A stretch of DNA of 42,901 bases from a virus (lineage: Duplodnaviria; Caudoviricetes). Positions 16,646 through 24,450 of this stretch are shown here, in pieces. A program made the position numbers and the translations under genes. The first letter of the stretch is position 1, and each line of letters opens with the position of its first letter. Under the pieces are notes generated by a model. The model saw only the letters and a list, made by a program, of their open reading frames with translations. It did no database searches and was not told the origin of the DNA. The stretch is from IMG/VR virus record IMGVR_UViG_3300017707_002109, positions 1 through 42,901 of that record, one strand, 5' to 3'.

Positions 16646-17577
16646 GCTTTCCTCGCGCCGCCGAGGCCTACAAGGCCGCCAACCCACACCTCAGCCGGCA
16701 GGACATCCGCAAGGTCGATGCCGTGGCCGGCTACTTCTGCGACAACGACGACTGCCGCACGCTCACCCACGCCCACCTGGTGGGCGCCGCCAATGCACTG
16801 AAGCCCGGCCGGGCCGACTCGACCAAGAACCGTTTCGTGATCGGGCCCGCGGCTGCCGTGCTGCACTATGCCGCCAGGAACAGGTGGTGCGACTATCAGC
16901 CGATCGAGAAGTTTCAGGAGAGCCGGAAATCCAGCCGCCAGCCGGCGACCGACGAGACGATGGCGCTGCTGTTCCGGCACATCGAGGACCCGCCCGAGGA
17001 ACTGGCGCCGCAGTATCGCAACGCTGGTGGCGTCGACCCGCACCTCGCCTACAAGAAGATCCTGCTGGCCATCCTCTATGACACCGGCCTGCGCCTCGGG
17101 CACACGCTCGGCATCGAATGGCCGCGCATCTTCCTCGGCGACGGCCGCATCGGCGTCACCGTTCCCAAGAGCGACGAGCTCGCCCTGGTGCCGATCTCGC
17201 CGGCGACCGTGGCCCTGCTGGCCAACCTGCCCGAGGCCGACAAGACCGGCCGGCTGTTTCCCTGGACGACCGATCGCGGCGTCTATCCCTGGCTGAAGCG
17301 GGCGAAGCAGCGCGCCGGCGTCCACTACACGCCCCATCTCAGCCGCCACGCGCTGGCGACGGCCGCCCAGGACATCCCCGACAAGAAGGCCGCGGAACTG
17401 GGCGTGTGGCTCGATCCGCGCAGCCTTCACCGCTACCAGTCGGTCAAGCCCGAGGCCATCCCAGGCCGCCATTTCGGCACGGTGATGACGGCGGCGGCGG
17501 CCGAGCAAAGCGAGGCCGGGCGGGCGGTGGCAAGCCCGCACCCATCCACTGACGCACCCGAGAAAAAGACGGCGTGA
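16462..17577 (+). CDS. int: Tyrosine integrase
   Basis: N-terminal WYIR...RERSTG arm-binding region; LYDTGLR, PHLSRHALAT, LGVW...HRY catalytic motifs; adjacent attP. Confidence 0.93.
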   Translation: MQYKLQPPGKRGPCWYIRWTENGRDRERSTGAETRRGAETFAEEYFGELARRRVPGAGETVGFPRAAEAYKAANPHLSRQDIRKVDAVAGYFCDNDDCRTLTHAHLVGAANALKPGRADSTKNRFVIGPAAAVLHYAARNRWCDYQPIEKFQESRKSSRQPATDETMALLFRHIEDPPEELAPQYRNAGGVDPHLAYKKILLAILYDTGLRLGHTLGIEWPRIFLGDGRIGVTVPKSDELALVPISPATVALLANLPEADKTGRLFPWTTDRGVYPWLKRAKQRAGVHYTPHLSRHALATAAQDIPDKKAAELGVWLDPRSLHRYQSVKPEAIPGRHFGTVMTAAAAEQSEAGRAVASPHPSTDAPEKKTA

Positions 17578-17581
17578 TCCA

Positions 17582-17824
17582 TCAGCCGTCGCCGCGCGCC
17601 CAGCCCAGCGCATCTTCATCGCGATGGAAGAGGTAGCCCGTCCAGTCGCGCGAGCCGCATTCCCGGCAGACGAAGCGCAGCGACCGGATGCCCTTCATGT
17701 TGCCGCGCGCGCCCAACGCCTCGCCCGAGATCAGCCCGCGCCGGCCGCAGCGGCACGCGATGCCGAGCGGGCCGCCGTGGCTGTCCAGCGTGTGCAGGTT
17801 GTCGTGGCCGGTGGCCTTGCGCAT
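17582..17824 (-). CDS. Small Zn-ribbon protein, predicted LexA-regulated
   Basis: IACRCGR...FVCRECGSR; ATG 17824 lies 5 nt downstream of a GTTC-N7-GTTC box. Confidence 0.7.
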   Translation of the reverse strand: MRKATGHDNLHTLDSHGGPLGIACRCGRRGLISGEALGARGNMKGIRSLRFVCRECGSRDWTGYLFHRDEDALGWARGDG

Positions 17825-17829
17825 GCTGG

Positions 17830-17844
17830 GAACGATATCGGAAC
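17830..17844 (-). promoter_or_regulatory. Alphaproteobacterial LexA (SOS) box
   Basis: GAAC-GATATCG-GAAC (minus strand GTTC-N7-GTTC), intergenic, directly upstream of an ORF. Confidence 0.7.
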
Positions 17845-17869
17845 ACTGCCCCGGAATTACCCCGGCAAC

Positions 17870-17909
17870 CCGGTCAATTCCGGTCCATCCGGGTCCATTT
17901 CGGGCCACT
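17870..17909. repeat. 10-bp phased repeats in the attP arm
   Basis: CCGGTCAATT/CCGGTCCATC/CGGGTCCATT/TCGGGCCACT. Confidence 0.55.
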
Positions 17910-17973
17910 TTTCCACAGCCCATAGCGGCCCACGAAAGTGGGATTTAATGCAGCAATACAGGGCTTTCCGGCT

Positions 17974-18020
17974 TGGCGCTCCCTACGGGATTCGAACCCG
18001 TGTTTTAGCCTTGAGAGGGC
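17974..18020 (-). other. attP core = 3' half of tRNA-Glu(CTC)
   Basis: Minus strand GCCCTCTCAAGGCTAAAACACGGGTTCGAATCCCGTAGGGAGCGCCA: anticodon loop, T-arm, acceptor 3' strand and CCA; 5' half absent. Confidence 0.9.
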
Positions 18021-18039
18021 GATGCCGGTCTCAGTGTTT

Positions 18040-18303
18040 CTACGGCTTGGACCGCGCGCGCCCCGTCGACTCCCCGGCGCGCTGTCGTCCCGCATCCGTC
18101 AGACACACGCTGTGCCCATCCACGATCTCCAGCCAGCCCCGATCCCGGCCGAACTCGATCGCGCTCTTCAGCGCATTCTCGTCCCGCACGCGGGCCCGCT
18201 CACCGACGCTGCCGATCGACCGATACTGCATCGGGCGGCCGGCGGTCAGAGCATAGAGCGCATCGACGAGCTGCTGCGCCTGGGCTTCGATCCTCGAGGG
18301 CAT
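18040..18303 (-). CDS. Hypothetical winged-helix-like protein
   Basis: AIEFGRDRGWLEIVDGHSVCLTDAGR wing motif; start could be 18315 or 18324. Confidence 0.55.
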   Translation of the reverse strand: MPSRIEAQAQQLVDALYALTAGRPMQYRSIGSVGERARVRDENALKSAIEFGRDRGWLEIVDGHSVCLTDAGRQRAGESTGRARSKP

Positions 18304-18401
18304 GGTCGCGAGCATAGCCCACATTTCCGCCGCCGCGCGCCTGTGCTAGATTTTCGCCAACGATAAACAGGGGAAACGGGCACTCACCAAGGAGACCTAA
18401 G

Positions 18402-18542
18402 ATGGCAAAGAACGAGCGAACCGGCAAAAGCATCGGCTCTATCGCGGCGAAGGGCCTGAAAAGCCCGGGCTCGCTGACGAAGCCGCAGATCCGGAAACTG
18501 GCGGGCTCGGCCCTCACTCAGCGGCCGCCCAAGAAAAAGTAG
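18402..18542 (+). CDS. Small basic protein (46 aa; absent from ORF track)
   Basis: AAGGAG RBS; MAKNERTGKSIGSIAAKGLKSPGSLTKPQIRKLAGSALTQRPPKKK. Confidence 0.7.
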   Translation: MAKNERTGKSIGSIAAKGLKSPGSLTKPQIRKLAGSALTQRPPKKK

Positions 18543-18582
18543 GCAGCCGCGCCAGGGCCTTGCGATACGAAGCCCAGAACGC

Positions 18583-18618
18583 AAAAAAGCGCCCGCCGGG
18601 ATCACTCCCGGCGGGCGT
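18583..18618 (-). terminator. Rho-independent terminator ending the late operon/sRNA
   Basis: CGCCCGCCGGGA-GTGA-TCCCGGCGGGCG stem followed by CTTTTTT on the minus strand. Confidence 0.85.
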
Positions 18619-18665
18619 TCAAGTTTAGGGAGGAAACGCCCACCGACCTTCGCAGGCCGGAGACG
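18583..18665 (-). ncRNA. suhB/MmgR (alpha-r8)-like small RNA
   Basis: Minus strand TGGGCGTTTCCTCCCTAAACTTG followed by a terminator, matching the conserved UUUCCUCCCU core and layout of this family; 5' end uncertain. Confidence 0.7.
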
Positions 18666-18713
18666 GGCATCTCGACGGCGCCCCTCGGGCATCGTCGAGC
18701 TCGTGGGCTCCGG

Positions 18714-19166
18714 CTAGGTGCCGGTCGCCGGTTTAAAGACGCAGCGCACCACGCCGCCGCGAATGCAGATCCACCAGTCGTCGTCGATCGACGGATAGAG
18801 GCCGCGCCCCACCAGGCGACGCGGCACCAGGACCTCGTCACCTGCTCCGGTCGCGACATAGACGCCCTCGGGCGCCTCGCGGAACTTGACCGCCTGCTCG
18901 CGCCGGCAATCGGCGACGCCGCAGCAGTGCGCGCCGCTCTCGTCGACATAGCGCTTGTTGTCGGCGATCCATTGGGCATCGCCGTGGGCGAAGGCCGAGC
19001 CGATCGACAGCACCGCCAGGACCAGCAGCACGACGGCCGCCACGAACGCCGGCCGCGCGGCCACCGCATCGAGGCCCCGGCCGCGGCACATCAGCCACAG
19101 GAACGCCATCACCAGCCCGGCGATCGCGAAGACCATGCCGACCACGGCCAGGAGCACGGCGCTCAT
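18714..19166 (-). CDS. Membrane-anchored/exported Cys-rich protein
   Basis: Two hydrophobic segments, AFA-H cleavage-like site, CCG..DC...C...C. Confidence 0.7.
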   Translation of the reverse strand: MSAVLLAVVGMVFAIAGLVMAFLWLMCRGRGLDAVAARPAFVAAVVLLVLAVLSIGSAFAHGDAQWIADNKRYVDESGAHCCGVADCRREQAVKFREAPEGVYVATGAGDEVLVPRRLVGRGLYPSIDDDWWICIRGGVVRCVFKPATGT

Positions 19167-19459
19167 TTCGCCGCCAGCCTGCCGCTCGTCATCGCGGCGT
19201 TGTGCACGTCGATGAGGCGCACCGCCTCGCGGTGGCACGCCTTCTCGGCGGCCCGGCCGGTGCGCTCGATACCGTAGCCGATGAGGAGGTCGCCGACCGA
19301 TATCATGGTGGCAGGGTCGGTGGTGTCGCCGCTATCGCACTGGCGGAGATTCGGCGGCAGGTCGACCGTCACCCCCACCGGCTTTGTCACCACCAGGCCT
19401 TGAAAGCATCCCGAGAGCGGCACGCTCAACAGGATCGAGAGCGCGTTTCGAATTAGCAT
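19163..19459 (-). CDS. o-spanin (Rz1-like lipoprotein)
   Basis: Lipobox LSGC, LPP..L..C; overlaps i-spanin 3' end in another frame. Confidence 0.75.
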   Translation of the reverse strand: MLIRNALSILLSVPLSGCFQGLVVTKPVGVTVDLPPNLRQCDSGDTTDPATMISVGDLLIGYGIERTGRAAEKACHREAVRLIDVHNAAMTSGRLAAK

Positions 19460-19754
19460 TGGCGTTCACCTTTGCCTGGAAGGCGGCATTGTCGGCCCGC
19501 TGTTGGGCGACCTCGGCAGAGAGGGCCGCGAAGCCGGCGCGCACCTCGGCCTCGAACGCCTGGCGCTTGTCCTCGAGTTCGAGCCACGTGGCGTTGGCGT
19601 CGACCTCGATCTGCAGCTTTTGGGCGGCGAGCGCGGCCTCGGCCTCGGTGCGGCCGAGGTATTGCCAGCCACCCCACAGGGCGACGCCGGCGAGCAGCAC
19701 CAGCGCCCAATGGCGGCGGGCGAAGCCCAGCACCGAAAGCGCGGAGGCGATCAC
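19332..19754 (-). CDS. i-spanin (Rz-like)
   Basis: N-terminal TM helix plus Ala-rich coiled coil; follows endolysin. Confidence 0.75.
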   Translation of the reverse strand: MIASALSVLGFARRHWALVLLAGVALWGGWQYLGRTEAEAALAAQKLQIEVDANATWLELEDKRQAFEAEVRAGFAALSAEVAQQRADNAAFQAKVNANANSKRALDPVERAALGMLSRPGGDKAGGGDGRPAAESPPVR

Positions 19755-20296
19755 TGCAGCGCCTCGAGGAACGCCCGATGGATGGCCGCGATCTCCGGCG
19801 CCCTGTCGGTGCCGTTGATGATGCGCCGCGCGTTCAGCGGATCGTCGGCCGTGGCGCTGAAGTAGCGCGGCAGGCCGACGCCGGTGAACAGGCCCTTCTC
19901 CATGCCCTCGAACAGGATCTCGGCGGCGATTGCAGGCCGCAGCGCCAACTCGGGATGGGTGACCAGGTCGGCGCCAACCAGAGTCGACATGCGCTGGTAG
20001 TTCTGCTTCCAGGTGAGCTGGACGTAGCCGCGACCATAGTAGGCCTTGCCCGTCGCGGGATCGACGGCGCCGTAGGAATGGGCGGCGCCGAGCCCATACT
20101 CCTCGATCGGCTGCATCGTGTGCGCCGTCTCGTGCTTGGTGGTGGCCAGCATGTAGGCGAGCCAGCGCAGATCGGTGAGCCCGCGCTTCGCCCAGCCGTT
20201 GAGGATGATCGTGCAGCCGTCGACCTGGGGCTGGGTCATGCTGCCGCCGAACGGGCGAGCGCGGGCGGCCGCGAAGAAGCGGGCGTGATCGATCAT
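19751..20296 (-). CDS. Endolysin, glycoside hydrolase family 19-like
   Basis: LAYMLAT..HET...MQPIEE, YYGRGYVQLTW..NY, ARRIING.DRA. Confidence 0.92.
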   Translation of the reverse strand: MIDHARFFAAARARPFGGSMTQPQVDGCTIILNGWAKRGLTDLRWLAYMLATTKHETAHTMQPIEEYGLGAAHSYGAVDPATGKAYYGRGYVQLTWKQNYQRMSTLVGADLVTHPELALRPAIAAEILFEGMEKGLFTGVGLPRYFSATADDPLNARRIINGTDRAPEIAAIHRAFLEALQ

Positions 20297-20404
20297 GGTG
20301 TTTTCCTCGAGGCCGGCGCAGCCGGCCGGTTAGCGGCAGGTGGCGTCATCGCCACCGGGAGCGTCGAAGGCTGGCTCAACAGCGCGCGAACGGCGTTCGC
20401 CCGG

Positions 20405-20704
20405 CTAGGGCACCTTTGCGGCGGCAGCGGTTGCAACAGTGGCGGCAGCAGCGGCGGCGTCCTTGGCCGTGGCGGCGATGGTGGCGTTGGCCTTCTGGGA
20501 GCCCGCGCTGCTGCCGATCCAGAAGCCGACAGTGGCGGCGAACGCGCCGATCAGAGCGCCATCAAAGGCGTCGGCACTCCGCTGATTGGCGGGCAATATT
20601 TCGACAAAGATCATGAGCACGCGCGTCGCGATGAAGCCGCCTATGACGACCACGCTGACGCTGATCTGCCCGATGATGCTGATGCGGTCGCGCCAGTCGA
20701 TCAT
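20405..20704 (-). CDS. Putative holin
   Basis: Two TM segments, FWIGSSAGS motif; upstream of endolysin. Confidence 0.65.
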   Translation of the reverse strand: MIDWRDRISIIGQISVSVVVIGGFIATRVLMIFVEILPANQRSADAFDGALIGAFAATVGFWIGSSAGSQKANATIAATAKDAAAAAATVATAAAAKVP

Positions 20705-20714
20705 GGTCGTCCAC

Positions 20715-21071
20715 CTATCGGTTCGGCTTGTCGATCTTGCGTTCTAGCTTGGTGTCCAGATCGCGGAAGCCGTCGCGCATCAGGGTCTTGATCTCGCGGA
20801 TGTCGTCGGCGACGCGCACCTGCGTCTGGTCCATGTGCGCCCGCTGCGTCGTCACCTCACGCATGAACCGCACCTCGATGCCGGTATCGCCGTCGCGGCG
20901 TGTCGTCTTCTCTTCCTGGACGCTCCGCTCGAGGCTGCTCACGCGGCTGTCGAGCGTGGCCCAGGCGATCGAGCCGGCCACCAGCATGGTCACCGCCGTG
21001 ATGACGTGGCCGAGGTTGATGGTGGGGTCGAAGTGCACGCGACGCCCGGCGCTGCTTACCTGCTCGCTCAA
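20715..21071 (-). CDS. Membrane protein with coiled coil (holin/antiholin-like)
   Basis: GGAGGAG RBS before TTG 21071 (alternative GTG 21098); FDPTINLGHVIT plus TM plus coiled coil. Confidence 0.65.
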   Translation of the reverse strand: MSEQVSSAGRRVHFDPTINLGHVITAVTMLVAGSIAWATLDSRVSSLERSVQEEKTTRRDGDTGIEVRFMREVTTQRAHMDQTQVRVADDIREIKTLMRDGFRDLDTKLERKIDKPNR

Positions 21072-21148
21072 GCCACTCCTCCATCCCAATGTATTCACGG
21101 AAACTTCGCCCTATGGCGGGCAGGGCCGAGGGTTGGTAGGGTCGCGGG

Positions 21149-21445
21149 ATGACAGACACTCATCCCATTTCCGAAATCCACGCCCAGCCCGTGGGCACCG
21201 CCGTTACGGTCACGCTCAAGTCGGGCGAATGCTTCAACGCCGAACGCGGCCCGCGCTTGTGGATGCTGATTGGCGAACTCGACGCCAGCGGCAAGACGCG
21301 CCGCCGGGCGGGAGGCACGCTCGTACTGCACAACCTCGAGGACTGCGTGAGCTTTCGGCTCGGGCATCACGCCGATCCTGCCGAGGCTGCGCCCGTCGAT
21401 GGAGCCGGCCCGTTCGTGGTCTTTTCCGAGACGCCGAGAGGGTAG
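21149..21445 (+). CDS. Antisense hypothetical protein (moron)
   Basis: 98-aa ORF filling the gap between tailspike and lysis genes on the opposite strand. Confidence 0.55.
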   Translation: MTDTHPISEIHAQPVGTAVTVTLKSGECFNAERGPRLWMLIGELDASGKTRRRAGGTLVLHNLEDCVSFRLGHHADPAEAAPVDGAGPFVVFSETPRG

Positions 21446-21459
21446 GCCCGAGGCGGATA

Positions 21460-23175
21460 TCAGGGCGCGGCCCGATAAGTGATGGTGAATGAGCCGAAGC
21501 CACCATCCGCCGCGCTGCCGGCGACCGGGAATGGCGTCGGAGTCGCGGCGTCCTTGCCGAACTCGTAGACGGTGATAACCGCCGTGGTGTCGGCAATATA
21601 GAGGCCGTACTGCTTGTAGTCGGCCGTGTGTGTGAGGTTCCGCGCGTAGCCGATGCTGCCTGCCCATCCCTCGCCGCCCATGGTGGCAGCCGTGAACGGC
21701 AACCCTGCGATTTGGATGTTCCCCACCATAGCGACGCTGTTGCTCGACATGAGCACGCTGCCCGTCAACGTCACTTCGTTGCCCTTACGGGTATAGCGCC
21801 CGACTTGGGTTGCGTAGACGTTCGTCCCCGCCGTGCCGCTGCCGCGAATCGTCGGCGTCCACGTGCCTTCCTCATAGAAGTCCCGCGCGCCGCAATAGCC
21901 CGAGACGTTGCAGCGGGTGACATTGGAGTGATAGCTCGCGGTAGTGTTGTTATTCGGGGCCGCGTCGGTGTAGATCGTGATCGGCGCCGAGGCGTTGACG
22001 CCGTACACTTGGTTGTACGAGATATTCAGGCCCTTGCCGAGAAAGACCCGCACGCTGGCGTCATCGAACTTGAGGCCGTCGCCGGTGTTGTTCTTGATCG
22101 TGCCGGCGCCGGCATTGAAGGTGCCGCCGTTCCAATTGGTGATCTTGACGCCGTGGCCGGCGTTGGCCGTCGCGCTGCTCGACGCGCACCAGGCCGATTG
22201 AAAATCAATCGACTTGCCGATGGCGCCGGCCACGGTGTCGTCGATCTCCCAGCAGGCGTCCTTGTTGGTGTCCCACCGCGAGGTGCCGCCGAAGATCTGT
22301 GAATTGCCATCGGTGTCGATGCTGCGGTTGACCACCAGGCCCTTGGCGTTCTGGAGCTGCGAGAGGTTCTGCAGGTTGACGCCGCCGAAGCCGCCGGCGA
22401 TCAGCACGGCCGTGCCGGTGCCGTGGCCGGCCGAGAGCTGGCCCCGGATGAAGGCGTTGTTGAGGCTGAGCTCGACGCCGGTGTTGGCCGTCACCGCCGT
22501 GCCGGAAACGTAGAAGCGCGAGTGGTGGAGGTTGGTGACCGAGGAGCCGCTCAGCCACAGGCCATCGGCCAGCTTGTAGGTGGCCTCCTCGCCGAACACG
22601 AGGTCGATCTCGACGTCGCGGGTCTTGCGGATATAGAGCGCCTTGCCCGAGGCGAGCGTGGTCGAACTGTCGATGCGCCCGCCCCCGACCAGCGCGAGGC
22701 CGTTCTTCTGGGTGCTGCCGTCGCCGAAGGTGATGAGGTTGCCGGGCGTGGTCGACGCGCCGACATACCGCAGCACCGCCTGCTCGCCGCCGAACGTGAT
22801 CTTGAGCTGGTTGCCGAGCACCGCCGTGAGGGCCGAGGTGAAGTTGCAGGTGCCGGCCGGGACGGTGCCCTCCTTGCCGGTCGAGGCGACGGCCGCGAGC
22901 CAGGCGTTGAGCGCCGTGGTGTCGTCGGTCGCGCCGTCGCAGACGGCGAAGTCCCTGACGTTGAGCTTGTCCGAGAAGCGGGCGCGGAGCGTGCGCGCCA
23001 CGTTGGTGCCGGTCGCCGTCAGGGATTCGAACACCAGGCTGCCGGTGCCGACCGGATCGGTGATGACGCTGCGCAGCTGCGTCGAGGTGGTCGGGTCGAA
23101 CTGGTGCAGGCCGGCGGCCGAGAGGACGGCGACGAGGCCGAGCGCGGCAAAGACTCGCGTGAGAATGCGCTTCAT
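21460..23175 (-). CDS. Tailspike/depolymerase-like beta-helix protein
   Basis: VARTLRARFSD.LNVRDF..CDG.TDDT.A pectate-lyase-3-like start, G/N-rich beta-helix, C-terminal YEEGTWTP...GRYTR.GN.V module. Confidence 0.8.
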   Translation of the reverse strand: MKRILTRVFAALGLVAVLSAAGLHQFDPTTSTQLRSVITDPVGTGSLVFESLTATGTNVARTLRARFSDKLNVRDFAVCDGATDDTTALNAWLAAVASTGKEGTVPAGTCNFTSALTAVLGNQLKITFGGEQAVLRYVGASTTPGNLITFGDGSTQKNGLALVGGGRIDSSTTLASGKALYIRKTRDVEIDLVFGEEATYKLADGLWLSGSSVTNLHHSRFYVSGTAVTANTGVELSLNNAFIRGQLSAGHGTGTAVLIAGGFGGVNLQNLSQLQNAKGLVVNRSIDTDGNSQIFGGTSRWDTNKDACWEIDDTVAGAIGKSIDFQSAWCASSSATANAGHGVKITNWNGGTFNAGAGTIKNNTGDGLKFDDASVRVFLGKGLNISYNQVYGVNASAPITIYTDAAPNNNTTASYHSNVTRCNVSGYCGARDFYEEGTWTPTIRGSGTAGTNVYATQVGRYTRKGNEVTLTGSVLMSSNSVAMVGNIQIAGLPFTAATMGGEGWAGSIGYARNLTHTADYKQYGLYIADTTAVITVYEFGKDAATPTPFPVAGSAADGGFGSFTITYRAAP

Positions 23176-23209
23176 GGCGATAGCTCCAGGGATGGTCGGG
23201 CGGGTGGGC

Positions 23210-24439
23210 TCAGGTGCTGAGGAAGCTGCCCTGAAAATAGGTCTTGGTGGCGCTGGCGGAGAGGTTGAGCGAGCCGCCGGAATTCTGGGCGACGTGCATC
23301 TCCACGTAATCGGTGCTGCCGTTCATGTAGAGGATGGCCGAGACGACGGGCCGCACGCCTTCGATGAAGCTGCCTTCCTTTACGACCGAGCCGTTCTTGG
23401 CCACGGCCAGTGCCGAGGTGAACGAAGCGCCCGAGTTGATATCGGCCGCGCCGCTGAACAGGTAATAGCCCGCCACCAGCGGGGTGAAGCGGTAATTGGT
23501 GGCGCTGTCGAAGGCCGATGCCGTGTCGAATTCCTCGGTCTGCAGCGAGACCTTGGTATAGGCCGCGTTGGGGATGCTCTGCGCGCCGCTCTGGTAGGCG
23601 CTGAACTTGGGCTGCGAAGACACCCCGGTGCCGCCGCGCGTGACCGGCGCCACCCCGGCGAAATAGTCGGTGCGCCACTTCACGCCGTCCCAGGCGATCC
23701 ACACGAGCTGTTGCCCGATGGTCGAGCCGTTGGCGCCGCCGCTTCCGTCGTCGATGGCGTCGCTGCCGTTGGGATCGAGCACCACCTCGTTGGTGGCGGA
23801 GCCGTAGCCGTAGACGCCGATGCGGAAGCCGTGGGAAACCGTGGCGCCCGAGGGCAGCGTTGCGGTGCGCGATCCGGCACCGATATCGAATTCGAACACC
23901 TTGCCGATATCGTTGGTGGTGATGGTGTAGTTGGCCGCGCCCTTGTCGATCCAGTAGTTGCGCGGGCTCGCCACATAGATGCCCGGCACCGCCTCGTAGC
24001 GGCCGAGCTCGAAATCGGCGGCAGCGGTCCACATCTTGTGAATCCAGCGCACCCCGATGCCGGTGGCATAGTCCCACCACGCCCCGGCCCGCGGCAGCCA
24101 GGCCGGGCGCGCTTCGGCGAGCGGCGAAAGAAGATGCTTGAGCGCGGTGGAAACGGGCGCCGAGAAAACATAGATGGGCGCATCGGCCGCCACCCAGGTG
24201 ATGAGCGAGCCGGTGCTCGAGGCCAGCAGCGTGCGCGAAATCGAGTCCGGCGAACCATAGGTGAGCGTGCCGTAGCCGATTTCCCAGATCGTGCCGTCCG
24301 CATTCTCGGCGCAATAGAACACCGAGGAGAGGTCGGCGAACTGGCTCCGCCACGTCTTGAAGGCGCCGACCGCGGCGTCGAGCGTATAGGCCGACGTGCC
24401 GGTGATGGTGCTCGAGGCCAGCGTCTTTTCGCCGAACAT
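23210..24439 (-). CDS. Tail fiber/receptor-binding protein with C1q-like C-terminal domain
   Basis: P.FSAY.S..Q...EEFDT..AFD...YRFTP.VAGYY.F...DYVE...TYFQG C1q-like signature; VTRGGTG motif. Confidence 0.75.
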   Translation of the reverse strand: MFGEKTLASSTITGTSAYTLDAAVGAFKTWRSQFADLSSVFYCAENADGTIWEIGYGTLTYGSPDSISRTLLASSTGSLITWVAADAPIYVFSAPVSTALKHLLSPLAEARPAWLPRAGAWWDYATGIGVRWIHKMWTAAADFELGRYEAVPGIYVASPRNYWIDKGAANYTITTNDIGKVFEFDIGAGSRTATLPSGATVSHGFRIGVYGYGSATNEVVLDPNGSDAIDDGSGGANGSTIGQQLVWIAWDGVKWRTDYFAGVAPVTRGGTGVSSQPKFSAYQSGAQSIPNAAYTKVSLQTEEFDTASAFDSATNYRFTPLVAGYYLFSGAADINSGASFTSALAVAKNGSVVKEGSFIEGVRPVVSAILYMNGSTDYVEMHVAQNSGGSLNLSASATKTYFQGSFLST

Positions 24440-24450
24440 GGGGCGGGCTC

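Noticed and set aside
17974-18050. Complete tRNA-Glu gene
   Set aside because: No D-arm or acceptor 5' strand (expected GCTCCC...) upstream; only the 3' half is present, as expected for attP
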